A stretch of DNA of 39,712 bases from Minisyncoccota bacterium. Its GTDB lineage: Bacteria > Patescibacteriota > Minisyncoccia > Phycocordibacterales > CSBR16-119. The notes below the pieces were generated by a model. That model searched no databases. It saw nothing but the letters and a program-made list of their open reading frames with translations, and was not told the origin of the DNA. Position numbers and translations under genes: made by a program. Shown here in pieces: positions 26,188 to 35,723 of this stretch. The stretch's first letter is position 1. The number at the start of each line of letters is the position of its first letter. Where the stretch lies: NCBI GenBank assembly GCA_041389065.1, contig JAWKSM010000004.1, positions 1 through 39,712 of the forward strand. The letters run 5' to 3'.

Positions 26188-27276
26188 TTATTTCGCTTTA
26201 TTTTCAATAAAAGCCAAAGTCATTTTTTGTTCTTTTGGATCAAAGATGTTGATTTGGAAGTTATAAGTTTTTCCAAGTTCAAGTGTTTCTTTCAGTTTTT
26301 CTTCAGAACCAAATGATGAGTTGTGAACAAGTCCAGCAACTCCTTCTTTGATTGAAACCAAAGCTCCGTGCTTGTTAAATTTGATAACAACTCCAGAAAT
26401 AATATCTCCTTTCTTTAGTTTTCCTTCAAATTCTTTCCAAGGATTTTCTTTGAAGACTTTTAGAGAAAGAGAAATCTTTCCATCTTTAATTTCGATAATT
26501 CTTGCTTTTACTTTATCTCCAACTTTGAAGATTTTTCGTGGGTCTTCGATAAGTCCCCAGTCTATTTCTGAAATGTGAACAAGACCTTCAAGACCTTCTT
26601 CAATTTTTAGAAATACTCCGAAGTCAACGATTCCAGCAATTTCACATTCTAGGTCATCTCCAACATTGTATTTGTCGACAACCTCTTTTCGTTCTTCTTG
26701 GTTTGTAGATTTTTCAGAGAAAACAAGTTTATCTTCTTTTGGATTTGCAGAAATAATATTTACTGACATTTTTTCTCCAACAAACTTCTTAAGTTCTCGA
26801 AGAATTTTATCCTTGTCAGAATCTTCAACTCTTGGGTAGTTTTCTGGTCTAAGTTGTGACGCTGGCAAGAATCCTTGAATTCCTTTCCATTCAATAATCA
26901 AACCTCCTTTGTTTGCTTCTTTGATTGGAAGATCAAGTACAGTTTTGTTTTCAATAAGTTCTTCAGCTTCTTTCCAAACAAGAGCTTGTCTTGCTTCTTT
27001 TAGAGAAAGTTCTGTATATCCGTCTTCGTTTTGGATTTCTATAATCTTCGCTTTGATAACATCACCCTTTCTTATCTTTCTGATGATATCTCTCGCGTTT
27101 ATAAATTCCTTTCCAAAAATTATTCCAGTTCCGTATGCACCAAGGTCAACGAAAACAGACGCTCTTTTTGTATCAATTATTTTTCCTTCAACGATATCGC
27201 CAACTTTTAAGATGAAATTTTTTTCATCTGTTAGCTTTACCAATTCAGGATTTCTTGTATCTAATGTTGTATCCAT
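26188..27276 (-). CDS. rpsA: 30S ribosomal protein S1 (four S1 domains)
   Basis: Repeated S1 OB-fold units (G..v.G.V.......v.vdlg..G.l....i). Confidence 0.9.
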   Translation of the reverse strand: MDTTLDTRNPELVKLTDEKNFILKVGDIVEGKIIDTKRASVFVDLGAYGTGIIFGKEFINARDIIRKIRKGDVIKAKIIEIQNEDGYTELSLKEARQALVWKEAEELIENKTVLDLPIKEANKGGLIIEWKGIQGFLPASQLRPENYPRVEDSDKDKILRELKKFVGEKMSVNIISANPKEDKLVFSEKSTNQEERKEVVDKYNVGDDLECEIAGIVDFGVFLKIEEGLEGLVHISEIDWGLIEDPRKIFKVGDKVKARIIEIKDGKISLSLKVFKENPWKEFEGKLKKGDIISGVVIKFNKHGALVSIKEGVAGLVHNSSFGSEEKLKETLELGKTYNFQINIFDPKEQKMTLAFIENKAK

Positions 27277-27513
27277 AAAAAATATCCGCTATTAGGCGGA
27301 CTAACAAAGATTTTAGGTTTTATAGACTTTTTTATGTGTCTATAAGGTTAGCCTTAAATCCGTCTAATAATTTCTACATACTACTATATATGTTTCAAAA
27401 AGTAAACAGCTTTTTATTTTTGGCTGATTTCCACAAATTTCTATTATTTGACCAATATTTAATTTAAAAGTGCTATATAATATATGTATTACTAAATTAG
27501 TTCTTATCTTTAT

Positions 27514-27885
27514 ATGTCAAAAAATGGTCAAAAGGGATACTACCTAAAGGCAACCCAAAGTATTTTCCTTGTTGCGGGTATTTTGATGGTTTTTACTTTT
27601 CCATATTTCCTAAAATATTTCAATTTTAGCGGTATGGCTATTATTTTCACGATGGTTCTTCTTGCGGTCTTGGCAGGGTTTACTGGTGGTGGAAACAAAC
27701 TGATTCTAAAGTTCAATACTCTTGTTGCGATTGTCGGATTTGTTATGTCAGCTTATCGAGGTGTTGTAATATTTTTCCGAGGAGTTGAAGAGCCTCTTGC
27801 AATATTCTCTTTTTGGACTCATCAAATTCTCGCACTCGTCTTTTTTATTGCAATATATTTTGCGGTAAGAGCAATGAGATCATAA
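27514..27885 (+). CDS. Hypothetical 4-TM membrane protein
   Basis: 123-aa hydrophobic ORF lying 10 nt upstream of the ATPase gene. Confidence 0.55.
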   Translation: MSKNGQKGYYLKATQSIFLVAGILMVFTFPYFLKYFNFSGMAIIFTMVLLAVLAGFTGGGNKLILKFNTLVAIVGFVMSAYRGVVIFFRGVEEPLAIFSFWTHQILALVFFIAIYFAVRAMRS

Positions 27886-27895
27886 TAATTTTTAA

Positions 27896-29788
27896 ATGTA
27901 TAATCCTGAGCAAGTAACATACTTCGGAGAAACAGATTTCCGAGGAAAAAGAGTACGTTTTGGTATAAAGGCGGAAGATAGGTCTCGCCATGTTTATATT
28001 ATTGGAAAAACAGGTATGGGTAAATCAACCTTACTTGAAAACATGGCTGCTCAGGATATTAAAAACGGTGAAGGAATGTGTTTTATTGATCCGCACGGTA
28101 GCGCGATAGACACACTTCTTGAATATGTCCCAGAAGAAAGGCTTGGTGATGTTGTTTACTTTGCTCCTTTCGATTCTGAAAATCCAATCTCGTTTAATAT
28201 TTTAGAAACTGTTTCTGAAGATCAAAAGCACTTGGTTGTGCAGGGTCTTATGTCTACTTTTGATAAAATTTGGCCAGATACTTTTTCTGAAAGAATGAAG
28301 TATATTTTAAGTAACACGCTTTTGGCTTTGCTTGAATATCCTGGTTCAACACTTCTTGGTGTGAACAGAATGTATGCAGATAAAGGTTACAGAGAAGAAG
28401 TTGTAAAAAATATTACCGATCCAACAGTAAAAACTTTTTGGGTTGATGAGTTTGCAAAATGGGATGAACGTTTTATGCGTGAAGCTACAGCCGCTATTCA
28501 AAACAAAATCGGTCAGTTCACAGCCAACCCGATAGTTAGAAATATTATTGGTCAAAAAACCTCTAGTTTCGATTTTCGAGAAGTGATGGATAAAAAAAAG
28601 ATTCTCCTTATAAACCTTTCAAAAGGTCGTATTGGTGAACAAAACGCAGGGCTTTTGGGTGGAATGCTTATCACAAAAATATATCTTGCGGCCATGTCTC
28701 GTGCTGATGCCACAAAAGCAGAAATGGCAGAACTTCCTTCTTTTTTCTTGTTTGTGGATGAGTTTCAAAACTTCGCCAACGAATCTTTTGCAGATATTTT
28801 GTCTGAAGCAAGAAAATATAAATTAAATCTAACAATGGCTCACCAATATGTCGAGCAAATGGAAGAAGAGGTTCGTGACGCTGTTTTTGGAAACGTTGGT
28901 ACGACGGTTTGTTTTAGAGTTGGTCCGCTCGACGCAGAACTTTTAGAAAAAGTTTTTGTTCCGACTTTCACCCAAGAAGACATTGTAAATCTTGGACGTT
29001 TTCAAATTTATTTGACACTTATGATCGATGGTGTGGGATCAAAACCTTTTTCAGCAACAACAATGTCGCCACTCCCTAGAAATCCAATTTCTTTCAGAGA
29101 AGAAGTTATTGAAACTTCAAGAAAAAATTTCTCAAAACCAAGAAAAGAAGTTCAAGAATATATTGACGAGTGGTACAAAAAAGAATTTCATACAGAAAAA
29201 CAAAAGAAAGAGATTGATAAAAAAGAAGAATATTTAAAAGGTAAATTTGGCGAAGAATACAAGCCAAGAGGAAGTAGGGACGATGAATATGCTGGAGCTT
29301 TTGTTCCCGAAGAAGCCAAGTCAGAAAACAGAAAATCAGAAAACAGAAAGACTGATTTTAAAAAAGATTTTAATTCTTCAAAGAAAAAAAATAATCATCA
29401 AAGTGGTGGTCAAAAAGATAGAAAATTTGATGAGAAAAAAGAACCAACAAAAATTAAAATACCAGACAGTATAAAAGAGGCGATAATAAAACCAGAAGTT
29501 TCAAAACCAGCCGAGCCGGTGTCGCTTAAAAATTTGGCCGACAATGTTCAGCGTCCAAAAATTTCTGAAAAAGATGCTTCTGATAAAAATAAATCTTTGT
29601 TGAAAAGCGCACTTTCAAAAGCTCTTTCGGGTGCGACGTCAACTCCTTCTAAAAATCCTGAAACTCCGAAAAAAGATTTAGATCAAAAAGTGCCAGAAAA
29701 ACAAAATATTACTGAAACGAAACCTTCAGAAAATAATCAAAAACAAAAAGAAGTTCCTGAAGACGTTTTAAAAAGTATATTAGAATAA
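27896..29788 (+). CDS. T4SS coupling-protein-like (TraD/VirD4/HerA-type) P-loop ATPase with a Lys-rich disordered tail
   Basis: Walker A is IIGKTGMGKST and Walker B is FFLFVDEFQNFA. The C-terminal ~190 aa are K/E/S-rich and low complexity. Confidence 0.8.
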   Translation: MYNPEQVTYFGETDFRGKRVRFGIKAEDRSRHVYIIGKTGMGKSTLLENMAAQDIKNGEGMCFIDPHGSAIDTLLEYVPEERLGDVVYFAPFDSENPISFNILETVSEDQKHLVVQGLMSTFDKIWPDTFSERMKYILSNTLLALLEYPGSTLLGVNRMYADKGYREEVVKNITDPTVKTFWVDEFAKWDERFMREATAAIQNKIGQFTANPIVRNIIGQKTSSFDFREVMDKKKILLINLSKGRIGEQNAGLLGGMLITKIYLAAMSRADATKAEMAELPSFFLFVDEFQNFANESFADILSEARKYKLNLTMAHQYVEQMEEEVRDAVFGNVGTTVCFRVGPLDAELLEKVFVPTFTQEDIVNLGRFQIYLTLMIDGVGSKPFSATTMSPLPRNPISFREEVIETSRKNFSKPRKEVQEYIDEWYKKEFHTEKQKKEIDKKEEYLKGKFGEEYKPRGSRDDEYAGAFVPEEAKSENRKSENRKTDFKKDFNSSKKKNNHQSGGQKDRKFDEKKEPTKIKIPDSIKEAIIKPEVSKPAEPVSLKNLADNVQRPKISEKDASDKNKSLLKSALSKALSGATSTPSKNPETPKKDLDQKVPEKQNITETKPSENNQKQKEVPEDVLKSILE

Positions 29789-29794
29789 TTAAAG

Positions 29795-31213
29795 ATGTTT
29801 AGATATATTTTTCTTTTCTCAATATTTTTTCTTCCAGCGATAACTCATGCAAATGTAATTTTTTCGGAAATTGCTTGGATGGGGACGACAGATAGTCAGT
29901 TTGAAGAATGGATTGAGCTCAGAAATACCGGAAGTGAGTCGGTCTCGCTTTCAGGGTGGAAAATATATAAAGCGGGTGGTGCCACCGTGCTATTTTCTTT
30001 GTCTGGAAGTATTGATTCCGGAGAATATTTGGTCGTTTGTCGAATTACAGCTAGTGTAACAAATCCGCTTTCTGGTGGGTGCGACTTGTCGGGGAGCTTT
30101 GGTGGAAGTGGTCTAAACAATACAAGCGAACATATTATTTTAAAAGATTCTTCGGGCGGAGAAGTTGACGAAATAAATGCTAGCGGTGGCTGGCTGGCCG
30201 GGAGTTCTTCTACAAAAGAAACAATGCAAAAAAGCGGATCTGGTTGGGTGACTGGTGAACCAACACCTGGAAGCGCAAATGTCTCTGGCGGAAGCGATCC
30301 TGTCGACAATGAAGACGAGAACGAAGAAGAAGAGGAAGAGGATATGTCTTCTTCAAGCTCCTCGAGCTCGACTCTTCCTTCAACTAAAAAATATTCAAAA
30401 GAGGTGGTTGATATAAAGGTTGTAGATTCTTCTGTACCAGTTGGAACTCCTGTTAAATTTTCTTTAGACACAAGAGATTTAAATGGTGCAAATATTCTTC
30501 GTGGGGAATTTTTTTGGAATATGGGCGATGGAACCGAAAGATATTATAGAAGAAACGAAAAGTTCGAACACACATATGATCACGAGGGAACATATATTGT
30601 TTATTTAAAATATTACTCAACTTATTTTGAGGGAATGGAGCCAGAAGTTGTCGACAAGATTACTATCACGGTTGGAAATCCGAGTATTATAATTTCAAAA
30701 ATTCACGGAGATGGAAGTGTCGAGATTAAAAACACTTCAAGTCAGGAAATCGATTTGTCTTCTTGGGTTATAAAAGATGTTTTTGGTAGAAAGTTTTTAA
30801 TTCCAGACGGGACTTATATTGCAGGAAGCAAGACACTAACTTTTAATTCAAAAAGAACAAAAATTGCTGGAATGCCGATATCTATTTTTAGCCCAAACGG
30901 AAGTCTTGTCTCGAGTTTTTCTAATATTTCAACTTCTTCTACAACAAGTTCTGTGGCAAAGTCTTCAAGTTCTGCGTCTTCATCATCTTCATCAAAAGTT
31001 TCTTCTGAAAATCTTGAAAAAGAAAGTGATGAAGTTATAAACTTAAATGAAAGATTGACGGCCAATGCTTCTTCTTCAAAACAAAAACAACCATCTTTGT
31101 GGATGATTGTTTTTGTTGCATTACTTTTTATTGTTTCAGCTTTTGTATTTTTTCTTTACAGAAAAGAGGGAACAGAACCTAAGGAAGAAGACGATTTTGA
31201 GTTGATTGAATAA
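29795..31213 (+). CDS. Lamin-tail-domain (LTD) x2 plus PKD-like surface protein with a C-terminal TM anchor
   Basis: Signal peptide. VIFSEIAWMGT...EWIELRNTGSESVSLSGWKI is an LTD. FWNMGDGT...H.Y...G.Y.V.L is PKD-like. IIISKIHGDGSVEIKNTS..IDLSSWVIKD is a second LTD. Also acidic and Ser-rich linkers and a terminal TM. Confidence 0.75.
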   Translation: MFRYIFLFSIFFLPAITHANVIFSEIAWMGTTDSQFEEWIELRNTGSESVSLSGWKIYKAGGATVLFSLSGSIDSGEYLVVCRITASVTNPLSGGCDLSGSFGGSGLNNTSEHIILKDSSGGEVDEINASGGWLAGSSSTKETMQKSGSGWVTGEPTPGSANVSGGSDPVDNEDENEEEEEEDMSSSSSSSSTLPSTKKYSKEVVDIKVVDSSVPVGTPVKFSLDTRDLNGANILRGEFFWNMGDGTERYYRRNEKFEHTYDHEGTYIVYLKYYSTYFEGMEPEVVDKITITVGNPSIIISKIHGDGSVEIKNTSSQEIDLSSWVIKDVFGRKFLIPDGTYIAGSKTLTFNSKRTKIAGMPISIFSPNGSLVSSFSNISTSSTTSSVAKSSSSASSSSSSKVSSENLEKESDEVINLNERLTANASSSKQKQPSLWMIVFVALLFIVSAFVFFLYRKEGTEPKEEDDFELIE

Positions 31214-32534
31214 AGTTTATTTTCTTTAGTGAAGCATTTGTTTCTTCAAGAGATTTTATTGCTTCAGCTTTTATATCAACAACCGGCACTTCAGTTTTTA
31301 TTTCTTCTTTTACTTCTACTTCGGTAGCAGGTTCTTTGGTTACAGGAGCAACTTCAGTTTTTGTTGACTCAGACTTTGAAGTGCTTTCTTCTGAAGACAA
31401 GTCAGCTTGTTTGATCTTTTGGTATTCTTCAATTTGCGCAATTATCTTTTTTGCTTGTTGTGAAAGAAGAAGTGCTTGTTTGAAATTCCCAGATTTTTTT
31501 GCAGCTTCTGCTTGAACCAAAAGACTTTCAGCTTCTTTTACTTTTAGCTTTGCATCAGTTTCTGAAGATATTTTAATAGCCGATTTTTCTACATTTCCTG
31601 AAGTTGTTGTTGCAGTAGAATTCACCAAAGTTAAATCTTTTTCTAAAGAAAGAGAAACTTCTTGATTAGATTCTTCTTTTATTTCCACTTCTTCTTTAGA
31701 AGATTCGTCATTTTCTTTTTTCAGGATTTCAATTTTCTCTGACACTTCTTTTGTATTTTTCTCTGCAACTTCTTCTGCAGTTTTTTCGTTTTCATTAACT
31801 TCTTCAATTATTTCTTTTTCAGCTTTTTCAACTTTTCGGATTGCTTCTTCAACTGTGTCTAGAAGAGCATCTTTTTCTTCTACTTTCGAATCCAAGGCGA
31901 CAGACATTTTTGCTGTAATTTCTGAAGAATTTTCTTTTTTATCTTCTTCTGTTTTTTGTTCTGTTAAAACTTTTTTATGAGCCTCGAGAACTGGAGTTAT
32001 TTTCGATGTTGTATCAAGCGCTTCTTCAATCTTTCCTTCTTTTTTTAGATTTTCGATTGATTCTGTTACATCTTTTACATTTTTCTCAAGATTGGTCTTT
32101 ACAATCTCTTTTTTCTCTGGAGAAAGATCTTTTTTTTCTACAAGTTTTTGCGCTTCTGTTAGACGTCTTTCAACTTGTTGTCTTTGAACAACAACTTTTG
32201 CTTCCGTACTGAAAGCCAATTTTTCTTCAATCTTTTCGTTTACGTTAATTTTTACATTGTAAAGTTTGTCTCCAGGTAGGGAATCTGTCGATGCATAAGA
32301 CACACCACTTCCACCCACAACAATAAGTGCTATCAAAACAAGAGAAACAGCTTTTCCTAGAGCTTTGAAAGTAAAGATTGAGAAATAAAAAGTTTTTTTA
32401 GGAACATGAACTTCGCTTCTTATTGGGTTATAAGAAATGAATTGTTCAATTCGGTATCGCAAAGTATCTTTCTCTTTTTCAGAAAGACTTATCATTTTTA
32501 GCATCTTTATAAACTTTTTCAGTTTCTTATTCAT
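31179..32534 (-). CDS. Anti-sigma-like membrane protein (DUF5667-like) with a long K/E-rich coiled-coil ectodomain
   Basis: Short cytoplasmic N-terminus, one TM, then a DSLPGD.LY.VK motif. Its start overlaps the sigma gene stop by 8 nt. Confidence 0.6.
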   Translation of the reverse strand: MNKKLKKFIKMLKMISLSEKEKDTLRYRIEQFISYNPIRSEVHVPKKTFYFSIFTFKALGKAVSLVLIALIVVGGSGVSYASTDSLPGDKLYNVKINVNEKIEEKLAFSTEAKVVVQRQQVERRLTEAQKLVEKKDLSPEKKEIVKTNLEKNVKDVTESIENLKKEGKIEEALDTTSKITPVLEAHKKVLTEQKTEEDKKENSSEITAKMSVALDSKVEEKDALLDTVEEAIRKVEKAEKEIIEEVNENEKTAEEVAEKNTKEVSEKIEILKKENDESSKEEVEIKEESNQEVSLSLEKDLTLVNSTATTTSGNVEKSAIKISSETDAKLKVKEAESLLVQAEAAKKSGNFKQALLLSQQAKKIIAQIEEYQKIKQADLSSEESTSKSESTKTEVAPVTKEPATEVEVKEEIKTEVPVVDIKAEAIKSLEETNASLKKINFIQSTQNRLLP

Positions 32535-33057
32535 ATTCTTTAATTATCTTTTTTAATTTCTCGACCCCTCTGTGAATCATTACCGATGTGTGATTTTGTG
32601 ATTTATCTAAAATTTCACTTATTTCTTTAATACTCATTTCTTCGACATATCTCATCAAAAGTATTTCTTTGTATTTTTCGTCAATCTTTTCGATGGTCTT
32701 CAACAATTTCTGCCTATCTTTTTCTTTATCAAAATTCTTTTCTTTTTCTTCTAGGACATTTTCTTCTTCTGTAAAATCGATTCCAGCTTCCATTATTTCG
32801 TCTAAAGAAGATGACTTCTTTTTTCTCCTGTGGTCAACGATTAAGTTTTTGGCTACCCTGTAAAGAAAAGCCTTTATGTTTTCAACTTCTTCGCCTTTTT
32901 GAAGATATTGCCAGGTTTTTGTAAAAGTATCTTGGGTTATATCTAGGGCAATTTCTCTGTTCGATGTCTGAAAAAGGCTATATCTAAATATTGCATCTGA
33001 GAATTCCTCATAGCTTTCCATAAAGACTTTTTCTATTTTGTCGTTCATTTCCTTCAT
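32527..33057 (-). CDS. ECF-type sigma-70 family factor
   Basis: Region 2 is A.DI.QDTF.K.W and FLYR.A.N...D..R. Region 4 is MRY.EEMS.KEISEIL....N...V.IHRG..KL. Start taken at MKEMNDK; the track starts at 33117. Confidence 0.85.
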   Translation of the reverse strand: MKEMNDKIEKVFMESYEEFSDAIFRYSLFQTSNREIALDITQDTFTKTWQYLQKGEEVENIKAFLYRVAKNLIVDHRRKKKSSSLDEIMEAGIDFTEEENVLEEKEKNFDKEKDRQKLLKTIEKIDEKYKEILLMRYVEEMSIKEISEILDKSQNHTSVMIHRGVEKLKKIIKEYE

Positions 33058-33154
33058 AAATATAGACGTTTTAGACCTATTTTTATTACAAAATAGTGCT
33101 GGAATAGATTCTAGCACGAAAAACCGATAAAACCTTTACTTTTATGGGTTTTAA

Positions 33155-33715
33155 TCATTTCAGGCTCTTTAGTTTTTTAAAATCATTTATTAGAACTTCT
33201 CGCATGTTGCCGTTGTAAAGTGCGGCGGCTGGATGATAAAGCGCGAAGAAATTTTCTACTTCGAAATCTTTCATTTTATTTTTTAAAAATTTTCCGTGAA
33301 CTTTTGAAATTTGTTCTTTTGGGAAAAATCGGTTCAAAGCGTGTCTGCCAAGAGTTACGACAACTTTTGGTTTTATAAAATTTATTTCTTCTATAAGCCA
33401 GGGAAGACATTCTGAAATTTCTTCTGGTTTTGGGTCGCGGTTGTTTGGTGGTCGATATTTAACCACGTTTGTTATATAAACGTCATCTCTTTTTAATTTG
33501 ATACTTTCAAGCATTTCGTTTAAAAATTTTCCAGATCGTCCGACGAAAGGCATGCCAGATAAATCTTCTTCTTTTCCTGGAGCCTCGCCAATAAATACAA
33601 TTTTTGCAGAAGGGTTTCCATTACCAAAAACCGGACCGGTGGCAGAGTTTTTTAACTCGCACTTGTTTTTCTTGTGCCACTTTTTGTTTATTTCGTTTAA
33701 ATTTTCTATATTCAT
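33155..33715 (-). CDS. udg: Uracil-DNA glycosylase, family 4
   Basis: GEAPGKEEDLSGMPFVGRSGKFL and the HPAAAL motif. Confidence 0.9.
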   Translation of the reverse strand: MNIENLNEINKKWHKKNKCELKNSATGPVFGNGNPSAKIVFIGEAPGKEEDLSGMPFVGRSGKFLNEMLESIKLKRDDVYITNVVKYRPPNNRDPKPEEISECLPWLIEEINFIKPKVVVTLGRHALNRFFPKEQISKVHGKFLKNKMKDFEVENFFALYHPAAALYNGNMREVLINDFKKLKSLK

Positions 33716-33750
33716 ATTTAAAATGTGTTAAAATTATTGTACTAAAATTT

Positions 33751-35340
33751 ATGTCAATAGAAAATCATTCAAAACCTGGCCCAGAAAGCGATAAAAATCT
33801 TAAAAAAGAGTTACCTGTGCTAGAGACACCAGATCTTTTGACTGGAACAGAACAGGAAAAAATGTTGAAGTTAGAAGAATATTTTTTGCAATATAAGGAT
33901 AAAGCTACAAATGAAATAAAATCAGGTTTTATCTTAGAATATCAGGATTTTGTTAAGAAAGTTTTGGGACGCAAAGATTTAAATGGTGAATATTTTGATA
34001 TTGGTCTTGATCCTTATAGTGCCGTTGCTGGAGAAACATTCTCTAAAATGTACTTAAGAGAAAATAAAAATTTCGATGGAAGTGATGCCATTTTTACACC
34101 AAGAACAGTCTTAACAGATTTAGATCACACTGATAAATATAGAATATATAAATCAAAAAAAGTGCCGGGTTTAGAAATTATAAAAAATTTTTTTTCAAGG
34201 ATTAATCTAGTAGAGGATGAAGAATTTGGAAACATTGATACAACTTTTGGTTTCTATAATGCAAATTTTAGCGGAGAGCCATTTAAAAATAATAAAAAAA
34301 TAATACCAATGGGTGCTGTCGGTATTGATCATAAGGTTTTAGAGGAATCTCAAAATCATCCAAAAGAATTTAATCCAGTACTAGATCGTTTATCTCAAAT
34401 GTCTATTTGGTTTAATCACGACATGTTGTCTCATGGCTCTTTTTTGCCAAATCAAAACTTAGATTGGTCACTTAATCGTTTACAAGATGGTGACCCAGGT
34501 CATGAATACTATCAAGCATTTGGTGATCAAAATTTTGAATATGGTAAAAAAAATGAAGAAGGTGAAAGAGATAGGGTTTTTGCTGGAGAGCTTTGGTCAA
34601 TGTCATTTCAAGCTGATATTTTGAATGAAATAGAAAGACGACGCCCTGCAGTGGGTAAGTTTTTACGCATGCATTTAAATTCTTTTTTGCGAGATGTTGA
34701 TGTTTTGGCAGAGTCAATACAAGATAAAAAATACGGTAAGATTATTTCAGAATATTATAAAAAACTTTATTCGTTTATGTTTTTCCGAATAGTTAATCCT
34801 AAAGTTTTTTTTCAAAGTAATGTAGAAGGAAATGAAAGAATTAAAAATAACAGAGAGGTTTTAGAAAATTTACCCGATTATGAATTGTCTACGCGAGAAA
34901 GTTTGCATGGTGCTAAGGGTCTAAGGGTTGCAAAAGAAGATGGGTATTTTGACTATGTTCCACATAGAGTTTTTCTTCAAACAATGGATTCTTCTATGGA
35001 AGATGGTGAGTTTATTATGAAAAAGGTGGCTAGTTTTAAAGATAATGGAAAACCTGACGAGGAAACATTAATTTTTATTCGCTCTAATGAAGAAAATATG
35101 GAAAAGTGGGTCGATGCCATTTTTAACTATATTTTTCTTCAAGAATTTAAGGGTTTTGATTATATTTCTCATATTTCTAAAGATTCCCCAGAAACATTAA
35201 AGCTTGTATCATCTTTTGCGCAAGGAGAGATAAAATTTGATGATATTAAAAAAAGACTCAATGAGCTCGGATTAAAAAATAAGATTTTAGAAGATAGATT
35301 TTTCAGAGAAAGAAAAAAAGAAAGAGGCGCGGATGATTAA
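33751..35340 (+). CDS. Hypothetical 529-aa protein
   Basis: Clean ORF. The ATG at 33751 is preferred because the track start at 33604 overlaps udg. No family recognised. Confidence 0.6.
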   Translation: MSIENHSKPGPESDKNLKKELPVLETPDLLTGTEQEKMLKLEEYFLQYKDKATNEIKSGFILEYQDFVKKVLGRKDLNGEYFDIGLDPYSAVAGETFSKMYLRENKNFDGSDAIFTPRTVLTDLDHTDKYRIYKSKKVPGLEIIKNFFSRINLVEDEEFGNIDTTFGFYNANFSGEPFKNNKKIIPMGAVGIDHKVLEESQNHPKEFNPVLDRLSQMSIWFNHDMLSHGSFLPNQNLDWSLNRLQDGDPGHEYYQAFGDQNFEYGKKNEEGERDRVFAGELWSMSFQADILNEIERRRPAVGKFLRMHLNSFLRDVDVLAESIQDKKYGKIISEYYKKLYSFMFFRIVNPKVFFQSNVEGNERIKNNREVLENLPDYELSTRESLHGAKGLRVAKEDGYFDYVPHRVFLQTMDSSMEDGEFIMKKVASFKDNGKPDEETLIFIRSNEENMEKWVDAIFNYIFLQEFKGFDYISHISKDSPETLKLVSSFAQGEIKFDDIKKRLNELGLKNKILEDRFFRERKKERGADD

Positions 35341-35426
35341 TTTTCTTTTATTCATATTTCTGTTAAAATGCTAATATTAAATTTAAATAAAGCCTATGGC
35401 TAAAAGCCAAATGCTAAAATCTAAAC

Positions 35427-35660
35427 ATGGGAATTAAAGATTTTTTTGTTAAGAAAATGTTAAAAAGCCAGCTTAAGAAGTCTGGTTTGCCTGAAGCGCA
35501 ACAAGAAAAGTTGATCGAAGGAATGATTGCAAATCCGGCGCTTTTTGAAAAAATGGCTAAAGAAATTAAAGAGCTTGAAAAACAGGTGAAAAACCAAATG
35601 GCGGCTTCTATGGAAGTGATGAAAAAATACCAAAACGAGCTAAGAGACATAATGATGTAA
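35427..35660 (+). CDS. Hypothetical 77-aa helical protein
   Basis: K/E/M-rich ORF followed by a strong terminator. Confidence 0.5.
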   Translation: MGIKDFFVKKMLKSQLKKSGLPEAQQEKLIEGMIANPALFEKMAKEIKELEKQVKNQMAASMEVMKKYQNELRDIMM

Positions 35661-35668
35661 TACAAGCG

Positions 35669-35699
35669 GCCCCGCGACTTCGTCGCGGGGCTTTGCTTT
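35669..35699 (+). terminator. Intrinsic terminator
   Basis: gccccgcgac-ttc-gtcgcggggc followed by tttgctttg. Confidence 0.8.
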
Positions 35700-35723
35700 G
35701 ATAATAAATAAAATGTTAAAATA

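Noticed and set aside
29321-29350. Tandem 15-nt repeat (tcagaaaacagaaaa x2) giving SENRKSENRK
   Set aside because: Only two copies, inside a low-complexity Lys/Glu/Ser-rich tail of the ATPase. This is ordinary slippage-type low complexity, not a repeat element or CRISPR.
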